A DNA stretch of 64,000 nt from Betaproteobacteria bacterium (GTDB taxonomy: Bacteria; Pseudomonadota; Gammaproteobacteria; Burkholderiales; SG8-41). The notes beneath the pieces are model-generated. The model was not told the origin of the DNA, made no database searches, and saw nothing but the letters and a program-made list of their open reading frames with translations. Position numbers and translations under genes: made by a program. Where the stretch lies: the NCBI GenBank assembly GCA_947476215.1, contig CANJQI010000002.1:10119-74118 (forward strand). Reading direction: 5' to 3'. This document shows, one piece after another, positions 55,976 to 64,000 of the stretch. The stretch's first letter is position 1; each line of letters begins with the position of its first letter.

Positions 55976-57567
55976 TCGAAGCGGCGGAATCCGAAATCCA
56001 GGTCGGACTCTATCGACTTCAGCAGGTCTACTTCCCAACTGAGATAATCGCGAATCGCGGCCTCGACATTGGTTTGCGTATCGAGGGCCCGGTAACGCAG
56101 GTCGTCATCGCCACACGTAAGGCGCGCGGTGCCCGTCTCCATGCCGTAACCCGCCGCCTGCCACGCCGCGGCACCCCCCGCCAGCACCCTCACGTTAGCC
56201 TGCGTCATGAACAGCGCATCGTTGGCGGTGAAGCGTGCGAGCAGCGCATCCGGTGAAGTAAAAACATAAGTTTCGGCGCCTGGGATCGCGGCCATACTTA
56301 TTTTCAACCGCGAACGCATCGCATGCCACGCGCCAGGGATGTGACCTTCGCGATATCCGAGGCTGTTGTTCAGATCGATCACCTGAGTGCCGGATTTCCG
56401 CACCAATTCGTGCAGTTCGGTTGCGCTGACGGTATCCACGCTCAATCTGTCGATTCCGGGTACCGCGTCCACATGCACACCCGTCTCAAGCCCGCCCGCG
56501 ACCAGCGCATCATTCAATACAAATACGTGGTCCCAACCCATCTGTATCAGCCACGCAGCTGTCATGGTCGCGCGCACACCATTGTCGTCGACCAGCACTG
56601 CCGTTGAGCGCCGCACCGCCATGTAGGTATCGGTGGCCTGCACCAATTGCCCGCCAGGAGCACTGCGCGAACCGGGCAGGTGTCCGGCCTCGAACTCCTC
56701 GGGGCTGCGCACATCCAGCACGTAAACCGTGCGCTGGGCGTACGAGCGCAGCGTGTCAAACTGCGGGCGCGACAGATTGCGCACGCCAAAGCGCTTCGCA
56801 ACGCGTGCCGCTGCCCGTTGAGCCTGCGCGATCGCTTCCGCGGTCGGCTCGGGCGCGCGGTTTGCTGCGTTCCGGGCGAGTTCGTGGCCCTGGAGATGCC
56901 AGCCCTGAGTGCCGTCTTTCAACGCGTAGACCGGGTTCTTGATCCCGGCATTTATCAATGACTGCGCCCCTATGATGCTGCGCGTTCTGCCGCCGCAATT
57001 GACGACAACGACCGACCCCGGCGTCGGCAGAATACGGTTGATACGGTACGCGAGTTCCGCACCCGGACAATTTATCGCGCCCGGTATTGTATGGCGCCGG
57101 TACTCATCAAAAGGCCGGCTGTCGATAATGACGACATCACGCGCCGCCGCCTTCCACTCCAGCAATTCGCCGGCAGTCACTTCCGGCGTCTTGTCACGAT
57201 GCAGGACAAATTCGCCAAACGCCTTGCTCGGCACGTACACGCCTGTATACAAACGGTAACCTGCGGCGCTCCATGCCTGCACGCCCCCGCACAACAGGGA
57301 CACATCGGAATAACCCATCTCGATCAGGCGTGCACCCGCAGCCGGTGCCAGGTGTCCGCCATCATCGCAAACCACGATGCGTACCGTCGCGCGCGGGAGC
57401 AGCGCCGTCACGCGCATTTCGAGATGACTCAGCGGCAAATTGGCTGCGTGCAGGAGATGCCCGTCACGCGCAAACACGCCCTCCTCCCGGACGTCGAGCA
57501 CGGCTATCTCATCGCCGTCATCCAGCAATCGACGCAAATCCGCAGGCGCCAGCGGTTTGACCATCAC
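55972..57567 (-). CDS. multi-domain rhodanese-homology protein
   Basis: 531 aa with four tandem rhodanese-like repeats by eye. Clear active-site loops are VVCDDGG and VVNCGGRTRS. Its stop overlaps the prpF-like stop by 4 nt (convergent). Confidence 0.7.
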   Translation of the reverse strand: MMVKPLAPADLRRLLDDGDEIAVLDVREEGVFARDGHLLHAANLPLSHLEMRVTALLPRATVRIVVCDDGGHLAPAAGARLIEMGYSDVSLLCGGVQAWSAAGYRLYTGVYVPSKAFGEFVLHRDKTPEVTAGELLEWKAAARDVVIIDSRPFDEYRRHTIPGAINCPGAELAYRINRILPTPGSVVVVNCGGRTRSIIGAQSLINAGIKNPVYALKDGTQGWHLQGHELARNAANRAPEPTAEAIAQAQRAAARVAKRFGVRNLSRPQFDTLRSYAQRTVYVLDVRSPEEFEAGHLPGSRSAPGGQLVQATDTYMAVRRSTAVLVDDNGVRATMTAAWLIQMGWDHVFVLNDALVAGGLETGVHVDAVPGIDRLSVDTVSATELHELVRKSGTQVIDLNNSLGYREGHIPGAWHAMRSRLKISMAAIPGAETYVFTSPDALLARFTANDALFMTQANVRVLAGGAAAWQAAGYGMETGTARLTCGDDDLRYRALDTQTNVEAAIRDYLSWEVDLLKSIESDLDFGFRRFD

Positions 57568-57663
57568 CGGAATATCAAGTGTCGATCACTCATGCGGCTA
57601 TTGTAGCGAAACATGATGCGAAAAAACCTGCATAATTCGTCAACAGGAAACGCGGTTTCAGTC

Positions 57664-58503
57664 ATGAACTACACCACCATCATCAGTGTTCCCGAACTGG
57701 CCGCGTGCATGGGCGATCGGGAATGCATAGTCTTCGATTGCCGGCATGATCTCGTCGATACTGGGCTGGGACGCCGCGCGTATGCGCATACTCATATACC
57801 AGCGGCGCGTTTTTTACATCTGGATGAAGACCTTTCCGGCCCGAAAACCGGCGCCAACGGCCGCCATCCGCTTCCCGATCCGGCAAGACTGTGTGCACGG
57901 CTGTCTGCGCTGGGCATGAACAACAGCCAGCAAGTCATCGCATACGATGCCTCCGGCGGATACTACGCCGCTCGCCTGTGGTGGCTGCTGCGCTGGCTGG
58001 GCCACAATCGCGCGGCGGTGCTTGATGGCGGCTGGGATGCATGGTTGCAGGCGGGAAACGGGGTAGAGGCGCGGACGCCTGCCGCAACGCCCGGCAACTT
58101 CAGCGGCACGCCTCTTGACCATACGGTGGATGCACGCACCATCCTGATGCAGATCGAGCAACCTGCACTGCACCTCGTGGACGCGCGCAGCGCGGACCGC
58201 TTTCGCGGCGAAAATGAGACGCTTGATCCGGTCGGCGGCCATATTCCGGGCGCGCTCAACCGCTTCTTCAAGAACAATCTAAGAGCCGACGGCTGCTTCA
58301 AACACGCGGCGGAACTGCGACAGGATTTTTCCGCATTGCTGGGCGAATTTCCGCCATCGGAGGTTGTGCACCAATGCGGTTCCGGCGTCACCGCATGTCA
58401 TAACCTGCTGGCAATGGAAATAGGGGGGCTGCCGGGATCAAGACTGTACCCCGGATCGTGGAGCGAGTGGTGCAGCGACCCGCGGCGTCCGGTTGCGCGT
58501 TAG
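57664..58503 (+). CDS. sseA: 3-mercaptopyruvate sulfurtransferase-type tandem rhodanese
   Basis: The internal ATG at 57664 gives 279 aa. The active-site loop CGSGVTA is the MST type rather than CRKGVTA. SWSEW lies near the C-terminus. Confidence 0.8.
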   Translation: MNYTTIISVPELAACMGDRECIVFDCRHDLVDTGLGRRAYAHTHIPAARFLHLDEDLSGPKTGANGRHPLPDPARLCARLSALGMNNSQQVIAYDASGGYYAARLWWLLRWLGHNRAAVLDGGWDAWLQAGNGVEARTPAATPGNFSGTPLDHTVDARTILMQIEQPALHLVDARSADRFRGENETLDPVGGHIPGALNRFFKNNLRADGCFKHAAELRQDFSALLGEFPPSEVVHQCGSGVTACHNLLAMEIGGLPGSRLYPGSWSEWCSDPRRPVAR

Positions 58504-58574
58504 ACTTGCGGCCATCTCCTGGTGTGGCACCGGACACGGACGATCAATCGCAGGCAATTCACTGGAGGAGCAGC

Positions 58575-59255
58575 GTGAAGATACTGATAGTGGACGACCA
58601 CCCGTTGATACGCGAAGCACTGCGCCACGTGCTGACGGTGCTGGACGACAAGATCGACCTCACCGACGCTGAAAACTTCGCGCAGGCGCGAGAGTTGGCC
58701 GGTGCAAATCCTGATCTTGATCTGATACTTCTGGATCTGGGCCTGCCCGACATAGACGGAGTCGTTGCGATTTCACAGCTGCGCGAAGAATATCCGGCCA
58801 TTCCTGTGGTCGTGCTGTCGGCATCCGAGCAAGCCGATACCGTAATGCGCGCCATCGATGCCGGCGCCATGGGGTTTATCCCCAAGACATCGTCAAATCA
58901 GATCCTGCTCGACGCACTGCGGCTAGTTATGGCGGGCGGCGTTTATCTGCCCCTGGAAGTTCTGCGCCAACACGAGGGAGCGCCTGAATCCGCGCTGGAG
59001 CGTGCGGCACAGGCGCGCCAGAAAGGTGTAGCGCTGTTGCCGCAGGAATTAGGCTTGACCGCGCGCCAGTCCGATGTGCTGGCGCTGCTGGTGCAGGGCA
59101 AAACCAACAAATTGATCTGTCGCGAACTCAATCTGGCCGAAGGCACGATAAAGATACACGTGACCTCCATACTCAAGGCCCTCAACGTCGCGAACCGCAC
59201 ACAGGCGGTTGTCGCCGTCGGAAAACTGGGATTGCAGCTTCCGCTTACCGGCTGA
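58575..59255 (+). CDS. NarL/FixJ-family response regulator (REC + LuxR HTH)
   Basis: The GTG at 58575 is preceded by GGAGGAG. KILIVDDHPLIREAL, DLILLDLGLPD, and C-terminal LTARQSDVL...GTIKIHVTSILKAL. Confidence 0.85.
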   Translation: MKILIVDDHPLIREALRHVLTVLDDKIDLTDAENFAQARELAGANPDLDLILLDLGLPDIDGVVAISQLREEYPAIPVVVLSASEQADTVMRAIDAGAMGFIPKTSSNQILLDALRLVMAGGVYLPLEVLRQHEGAPESALERAAQARQKGVALLPQELGLTARQSDVLALLVQGKTNKLICRELNLAEGTIKIHVTSILKALNVANRTQAVVAVGKLGLQLPLTG

Positions 59256-59289
59256 CGTGGAACCGACTCATAACCAAGCAGCAGCGCCG

Positions 59290-61101
59290 ATGTTGGAGAC
59301 GACCCCGACTGATATCAGCACGGCTGCCGTAATACCGGAACACGAACTGCGCACGCGGGTTTTTACTGAACTCGTCAACATGCTGTACCGCCAGCTGCCA
59401 TTGTCGATCATCGGCACCATGGTGGTGGCGATTATCATGATGGCCGCGCTTTGGCGGCATCTGCCGGTTGACTGGTTGGTCTTATGGATGTGCCTGATGT
59501 CGGCCAATCAGGCGTCGCGACTCTATCTGTACTTGCGCTTTCGCGCCAATGGCCTTCAAAAACGTTCCATCCGCTGGCGCACCCGTGCGTGGACCACGGG
59601 AGCTGTCATCTCCGGCGTACTATGGGGATCGACAGCGGTTTTTTTCTACACACCGGAGTCGGCGATACTTCAAGCGATGCTGGTCGTCCTGGTATTGGGA
59701 TCCACCTCCGCCGCCATGCCGCTGATTGCGTCTCATACTGCAACGCTGAACGGATTCCTGATTCCCGCGCTCACGCCATTTATCGGCAGGCACCTGCTCG
59801 GCGGGGATACCGCGCATGTTGCGCTGGGTCTGATCCTGCTCGCGGTCACGTTGGCGTTGCTGTGGTTTGGCCGCAACTACAACCGGCTCATCGTCGCGTC
59901 GCTGCGCAACCGCTATGAGAATGAGGCGCTCGCCAATCAGTTCGCCCGGCAGAACGTGGACCTCGAACAGGCGCGCGTCGCCGCGGAACTCGCCAACCGC
60001 TCGAAAACACAGTTCTTTGCCGCCGCGAGCCATGACCTGCGCCAGCCACTGCACGCCATGGGTCTGTTCGCTTCCGCCTTGGCGCAGAAGGAACACACGC
60101 CGGAGAATGCCAAACTGGTGTCCAGCATCAACGGCTCGGTGCACGCGCTGGAAGCCTTGTTCAATGAATTGCTGGATATTTCGAAACTGGATTCCGGTGT
60201 GATCAAACCCACCGCTACGTCGTTTCCACTCGATGAGGTTTTCGACCGCCTGCGCGCGGGGTTTGTCGCGGAGGCCTCCGCCAAGAATCTGAAGCTATCC
60301 ATCCCCGCTGCTCCCTACCGGGTATCCAGCGACCCAGTACTGCTCGAGCGCATACTGCGCAACCTGATCAGCAACGCCATACGCTATACGCCGACGGGAG
60401 AAATCACGATTGCCGCCACGCCCGCCGGCGAGGCAGTGCACATCGAAGTTTGCGACACCGGCATCGGCATCCAGGAGCACGATCAGAAACGAATATTCGA
60501 GGAATTCTTCCAGATCGGAAATCCGGGCCGCACCAGCAAGAAAGGCCTTGGTCTCGGCCTGTCCATCGTGCAACGGCTGTGCGTGCTGCTCGGATATTCG
60601 ATCCATCTCACATCCGAATACGGCAAAGGCACCACGTTCAGTTTCGAAGTGCCGCTGCGCGAGACCCTGCCGCGGAACGACATCCCGCCGCCACCCGCGA
60701 CAGCGTCTAGCGATCTGACTGGAAAACTGGTTGTGGTGATAGACGACGAAACCGCGATCATAGAAGGCATGGAAGCGCTACTTAGCGGCTGGGGTGCGAC
60801 GGTGATTACATCCACCACCGGCGATGATGTCATCGCCGCCGTGCATGCCGCCGAAACGATGCCCGACCTTTTGATAGTCGATTACCGCGTTGGCGGCGCG
60901 GATTCCGGTATCGACGTCGTGCATCGCATCCGGCAGGAACTCGATCCGGAAATCCCCGCGATTCTCGTCACCGGCAGCACTACGCCCGATCTTGCAGCCC
61001 AGGCGCGGGCTGCGGGGCTGGATTTTCTGCTCAAGCCTGTTACCGCGGAAGCTATGCGGGAGCGCATCAATCGTCTGCTCAAGCTCGACATGTCCGAGTG
61101 A
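59290..61101 (+). CDS. hybrid sensor histidine kinase (multi-TM sensor, HisKA, HATPase_c, REC)
   Basis: About 5-6 N-terminal TM helices, H-box FFAAASHDLRQPLH, N/G boxes (NLISNAIRYT, DTGIGI, GLGLSIV) and a C-terminal receiver (VVVIDDE...LLIVDYR). A GTG at 59257 is an alternative start. Confidence 0.85.
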   Translation: MLETTPTDISTAAVIPEHELRTRVFTELVNMLYRQLPLSIIGTMVVAIIMMAALWRHLPVDWLVLWMCLMSANQASRLYLYLRFRANGLQKRSIRWRTRAWTTGAVISGVLWGSTAVFFYTPESAILQAMLVVLVLGSTSAAMPLIASHTATLNGFLIPALTPFIGRHLLGGDTAHVALGLILLAVTLALLWFGRNYNRLIVASLRNRYENEALANQFARQNVDLEQARVAAELANRSKTQFFAAASHDLRQPLHAMGLFASALAQKEHTPENAKLVSSINGSVHALEALFNELLDISKLDSGVIKPTATSFPLDEVFDRLRAGFVAEASAKNLKLSIPAAPYRVSSDPVLLERILRNLISNAIRYTPTGEITIAATPAGEAVHIEVCDTGIGIQEHDQKRIFEEFFQIGNPGRTSKKGLGLGLSIVQRLCVLLGYSIHLTSEYGKGTTFSFEVPLRETLPRNDIPPPPATASSDLTGKLVVVIDDETAIIEGMEALLSGWGATVITSTTGDDVIAAVHAAETMPDLLIVDYRVGGADSGIDVVHRIRQELDPEIPAILVTGSTTPDLAAQARAAGLDFLLKPVTAEAMRERINRLLKLDMSE

Positions 61102-61469
61102 TGCACGTACTCGCTGACCTCATACTCATAGCCCACTTCACTTTCGTCGTGTTCGTCGTGGGCGGTCTGGCGCTCATCTGGATCGGCGCCGCAGCCGGAT
61201 GGTACTGGATACGCTGTTACTGGTTCCGCATCGCACATCTCACCGCAATCTGCTTGGTAGCCGCCGAAGCACTGATCGGCATGGTGTGCCCGCTGACTGA
61301 ATGGGAAGATGCCTTGCGCGGCACGCACACGGAAGCCAGCTTCATCGCACGGTGGATACACCGTATTATGTTCTTCAGTTTTCCGGAATCGGTGTTCATC
61401 GTTACCTATGTCGGGTTCGCGGTGGTGGTAGCATTGACGCTTTGGTTGGTTCCACCACGTAGGCCATGA
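61101..61469 (+). CDS. DUF2784 membrane protein
   Basis: About 122 aa, 3-4 TM, with a conserved-looking CPLTEWEDALRG loop. Its ATG shares a base with the kinase TGA. Confidence 0.65.
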   Translation: MHVLADLILIAHFTFVVFVVGGLALIWIGAAAGWYWIRCYWFRIAHLTAICLVAAEALIGMVCPLTEWEDALRGTHTEASFIARWIHRIMFFSFPESVFIVTYVGFAVVVALTLWLVPPRRP

Positions 61470-62068
61470 AGACAAACTACGTTCCTATCGACTACGAGAA
61501 TGTCCAGCCCACGGACATGGGGTTACTGAGGGATGGCTCGTTCAAGGTTCGGCTGTTTCTTGGTCCCAATCAATCCAGAATCCCGGTCAGTCTCGCCACG
61601 GCGCTTCAAGCGCTTGGACGCGATGCGGAATACGTAGTTCTCGAAGCAGCAGGATCAAACGCCCTCGATTTCCATATCGCGTACTATGTCGGCGTGCTTT
61701 CCGCGCACGAACCTTCGGCATTTTTTCACATCATCTCGAAGGACACGGGATTCGATCCACTGATCCAGCATTTGAAGGGTAAGGGCGTGCTGGCGCAACG
61801 CTCTACACGTATTGCCGACATCCCGCCCCTAAAGCCGGACCTTTTTTCGACAAGCGATAAACAGACGGAGGCAGCAATCGCGTACCTCGTTCGCCTGAAA
61901 GCCGCAAAGCCGCGAACCCAGAAAACCCTGCTCGGAACATTACACGTTCTATTCAAGAAAGAACTTTCGGAGGGGCAGCTCTCCGCCCTATTCGCGTCAT
62001 TGCGTAAGCGCGGTGTCGTAACGATCGAAGGAACGAAACTTTCCTATAATCTACCGACCGTGCCCTAG
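61466..62068 (+). CDS. PIN/NYN-like (LabA-like) predicted nuclease with a C-terminal helical domain
   Basis: 200 aa with IDYENV, LEAAGSNALDFHI and IISKDTGFDPLI, acidic motifs in NYN/PIN order. ATGA overlap with the DUF2784 stop. GC is lower: 61 of the first 120 nt are G or C by hand count. Confidence 0.55.
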   Translation: MKTNYVPIDYENVQPTDMGLLRDGSFKVRLFLGPNQSRIPVSLATALQALGRDAEYVVLEAAGSNALDFHIAYYVGVLSAHEPSAFFHIISKDTGFDPLIQHLKGKGVLAQRSTRIADIPPLKPDLFSTSDKQTEAAIAYLVRLKAAKPRTQKTLLGTLHVLFKKELSEGQLSALFASLRKRGVVTIEGTKLSYNLPTVP

Positions 62069-62136
62069 TGCGGTAGGGCGGGAAAGCGCAGCGCCTTCCG
62101 CCTTACGCAAGTCCAAGTGACGATACGCACTTGTCC

Positions 62137-62150
62137 GACTATCAATAGTC
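62137..62150. promoter_or_regulatory. operator-like palindrome GACTAT-CA-ATAGTC in a low-GC spacer
   Basis: Read directly. 6-bp arms with a 2-bp centre, lying between a TTGTCC hexamer (62131-62136) and CACATA (62154-62159). Confidence 0.3.
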
Positions 62151-62267
62151 AATCACATACGGCAGAATGCCTTTCACTTTTCCGCCCTGCGAACGACTTG
62201 CTCCGAATATCACCGGTAGTGGGAAGGAGAAATCTGTTGTCAGAAAAGGATTGGCGACTTACTCGAT

Positions 62268-62603
62268 GACGTTACCCCCTGCGAGCCGCCGAGCAGCACA
62301 GCCGCGCCGGGAGGTGTCGGCGAGGACTGTCTGAGCCCTCTCGTCTTTCGCGAGGGGGCGCGCGGACTCGTTACTGGCGTAGCCAGCCGCTTGCGGGAAG
62401 CGCGCCTGACACTCGCTCCCGCCCCGGATCGCTTCGCGAACGCCAAGTCGCGAGTGTAGTTCCGCAGCCGCCCGGCGTGCCAAGCAGCTCAGGGTAGCCC
62501 AAAGGGCCGGCGAACTGGGGGGTGGCTGCGACTCGTTTGCCGCAGGCCCGTTTGCGGGAGCAGCCACGAGCGCCCCGGCAACCATCGGCGGGCGCAGCAC
62601 GTC
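62268..62603. other. GC-rich, hairpin-dense non-coding element replacing the 3-prime third of ygiD
   Basis: No frame has protein-like composition. Nested perfect stems are GTGGCTGC/GCAGCCAC (62522-62567), ACACTCGC/GCGAGTGT (62409-62457) and GCGCGC/GCGCGC (62358-62405). The imperfect terminal inverted repeats are GACGT..TGCG..CCGCC at 62268-62290 and 62587-62603. Confidence 0.45.
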
Positions 62604-63123
62604 CCCACGCATAGGCAGCGAGGTTATGAACAATATTCCCGCTGCCGATGATGAGCACACCCTCGTCACGCAACGGCGCGAGTTTTTTAGCCAGTTCGTA
62701 GTGTAACGTCGGTGACTGGCCGCAATCCATGCTCAATTGGATAACCGGCACGTCGGGATCGGGGTAAACCCGGCACAGCACCGACCACGTGCCGTGATCG
62801 AGTCCCCAAGCGGCGTCCAGGCGCACGGACTGCGGCGCCAGCAGTTCGCTTACGCGCTGCGCCAGCGCGCCATCACCGGGCGCCGGATATTCAAAGTCAA
62901 AAAGTTCCTTGGGAAAACCACCGAAGTCGTGGATGGTGGGCGGTTTTTGCATCTCGGTCACCGCGACCTCGGGAATGTACCAATGCGCTGACACTGCGAG
63001 TATGGCTTTCGGGTGCGGGAGCGTTCTGCCGATGCCTGCCCATGCATCGGTGTAGGCATTGTCGGTTAACGCATTCATGGGATTGCCGTGGCCGAAAAAG
63101 ATTGCCGGCATGCGCTGGGGCAA
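62604..63123 (-). pseudogene. ygiD: 4,5-DOPA dioxygenase extradiol (YgiD-family) gene, 3-prime truncated
   Basis: The N-terminal ~173 aa are collinear with E. coli YgiD (MPAIFFGHGNPMN, VSAHW, PPTIHDFGGFP, YPAPG, GSGNIVHNL). Similarity stops after ...AYAWG, and the rest of the 250-aa ORF is Arg/Gly/Ala-rich read-through. About 80 C-terminal residues (PTPEHYLPLLY region) are missing. Confidence 0.7.
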
Positions 63124-63254
63124 TTTGTGCTCCAGGTATCAATATCATTGTAGTACTGCGCCCCCCTCCCTCCCGCCTCGACGGAGACCCCCGGATCGAT
63201 GGGGACACCCGAACGGGTGCGGGGGCACTTCGTGTGCAAGGGAGGGAAGTGGGT

Positions 63255-64000
63255 TTATGCCGCCGCGCGTTCAGCAGGATCAGGTGACAATGCCGTCGCC
63301 AATGCCTGATCGACGTGCTCCACCCACACGAACTTGAGTTTTTCGCGCGCTTCGGCGGGCACCTCTTCCAGATCGCGCTTGTTACGCGCGGGCAGCATCA
63401 CGGTGGTGATACCGGCACGTAGCGCGGCCAGCACCTTTTCCTTGACGCCACCGATCGGCAACACCAGGCCGCGCAGACTGATTTCACCCGTCATGGCCAC
63501 ATCGCTGCGTACGGCACGGTTGGTCAGCAGCGAGGCCAGCGCGGTAAACATCGCCACGCCCGCGCTGGGCCCGTCCTTGGGTGTCGCACCCGCCGGCACG
63601 TGCACATGGATATCAGACTTCTCCAGCATACCCTGCGCAATGCCCAACGATTCGGCACGCGCCTTGATCAGGGTATGCGCCGCCTGCGCGCTCTCCTTCA
63701 TGACGTCGCCCAGCTGGCCGGTCAGGATCAGCTTGCCGCTACCCGGCATGCGCGACGCCTCGATAAACAGGATGTCGCCACCTACGGGCGTCCACGCCAA
63801 TCCCGTAGCCACGCCCGGCATGCCAGTGCGCAGCGCGATCTCGGCATCGTATTTAAGCGGGCCGAGTACAGGCACGAGATCATCGGGCGACACCTTCACC
63901 TGCTGCACGCTGTTTTCGGCGATGCCCACGGCAACGTTGCGAAAAACTTTGCCGATTTCGCGCTCAAGATTGCGCACACCGGCTTCGCGCGTATAGTCCT
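63255..64000 (-). CDS. lon: Lon protease, C-terminal proteolytic domain (gene continues beyond the window end)
   Basis: [16 protein letters not shown] at the window edge, catalytic [11 protein letters not shown] (Ser) and GGVKEK (Lys). The 5-prime part lies outside the window. Confidence 0.9.
   Translation of the reverse strand, partial: DYTREAGVRNLEREIGKVFRNVAVGIAENSVQQVKVSPDDLVPVLGPLKYDAEIALRTGMPGVATGLAWTPVGGDILFIEASRMPGSGKLILTGQLGDVMKESAQAAHTLIKARAESLGIAQGMLEKSDIHVHVPAGATPKDGPSAGVAMFTALASLLTNRAVRSDVAMTGEISLRGLVLPIGGVKEKVLAALRAGITTVMLPARNKRDLEEVPAEAREKLKFVWVEHVDQALATALSPDPAERAAA

Noticed and set aside
62069-62073. GTGCG immediately after the PIN-like stop, which resembles a group II intron 5-prime end.
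   Set aside because: Within the next 600 nt on that strand I found no domain V-like 34-nt hairpin with an AGC triad and GNRA loop, no domain VI and no IEP ORF. It is probably coincidence.
62268-62603. The GC-rich element as RNase P RNA, tmRNA, SRP RNA, 6S RNA, or a cobalamin, TPP or guanidine riboswitch.
   Set aside because: The diagnostic strings I remember are absent on both strands: GGAAAGTCCGGGC and ACAGAACCCGGCTTA for RNase P, a tag ORF ending in LAA plus a tRNA-like end for tmRNA, the GGAAGCAGCC core for SRP, the B12 box GCCACTG, and CTGAGA for TPP. There is also no downstream gene for a riboswitch. This was checked only by eye.
1-64000. Scan for tRNA T-loop strings (GGTTCGAATCC-like), rRNA, CRISPR repeat arrays, and transposase, integrase or reverse transcriptase ORFs.
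   Set aside because: I recognised none by eye. The only TTCGAAT-containing sites lie inside cysB and folE coding sequence. A tRNAscan, Infernal or ISfinder run would be needed to be certain.

Overview
GC-rich chromosomal segment (about 60 percent GC judged by eye, not computed), almost fully coding, with about 65 genes. It looks betaproteobacterial: three orphan Bug/TctC-family binding proteins, DUF3579, a BPH-like proteasome homologue, and the murJ/rpsT and xseB-ispA-dxs syntenies. I recognised no rRNA, tRNA, CRISPR array, intact transposase or integrase. Gene order: DUF35 protein, Bug SBP and an Irr-like Fur regulator; the minor-pilin operon pilE-fimT-pilV-pilW-pilX with a giant pilY1; ispH, lspA, ileS, ribF; the sulfate assimilation operon cysI-DUF934-cysH-cysD-cysN-cobA-tauE, divergent from cysB; hipA and phnE gene debris; a phnD-C-E-E type ABC importer; Bug; murJ; rpsT; DUF3579; argD-argF, an antisense yeeE/yedE pair, argG; ppnP; a BPH-like Ntn hydrolase; yajQ; a GATase1; a retropepsin-like protease; Bug; ribBA-folE-dxs-ispA-xseB; a diiron protein followed by an arsenosugar-type cassette (two TIGR04283-like GT2 genes, an ArsS-like radical SAM gene, a DedA-flavoprotein fusion, DUF547, a TIGR04282/DUF2064-like gene); a Rieske oxygenase with a PrpF-like isomerase; two rhodanese genes; a NarL-type RR, hybrid HK, DUF2784 and PIN/NYN-like operon; a 3-prime truncated ygiD abutting a hairpin-dense GC-rich non-coding element; and the 3-prime end of lon. 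The most interesting items are: (1) the arsenosugar-type cassette, which lacks arsM and carries extra partners; (2) the translationally coupled TCS-DUF2784-PIN/NYN operon next to the disrupted ygiD and the unexplained structured element; (3) the 1865-aa PilY1, whose vWA domain is split by a Cys/Thr-rich module; (4) the orphan BPH-like proteasome homologue. All family assignments come from reading motifs in the supplied translations. No database search was run.
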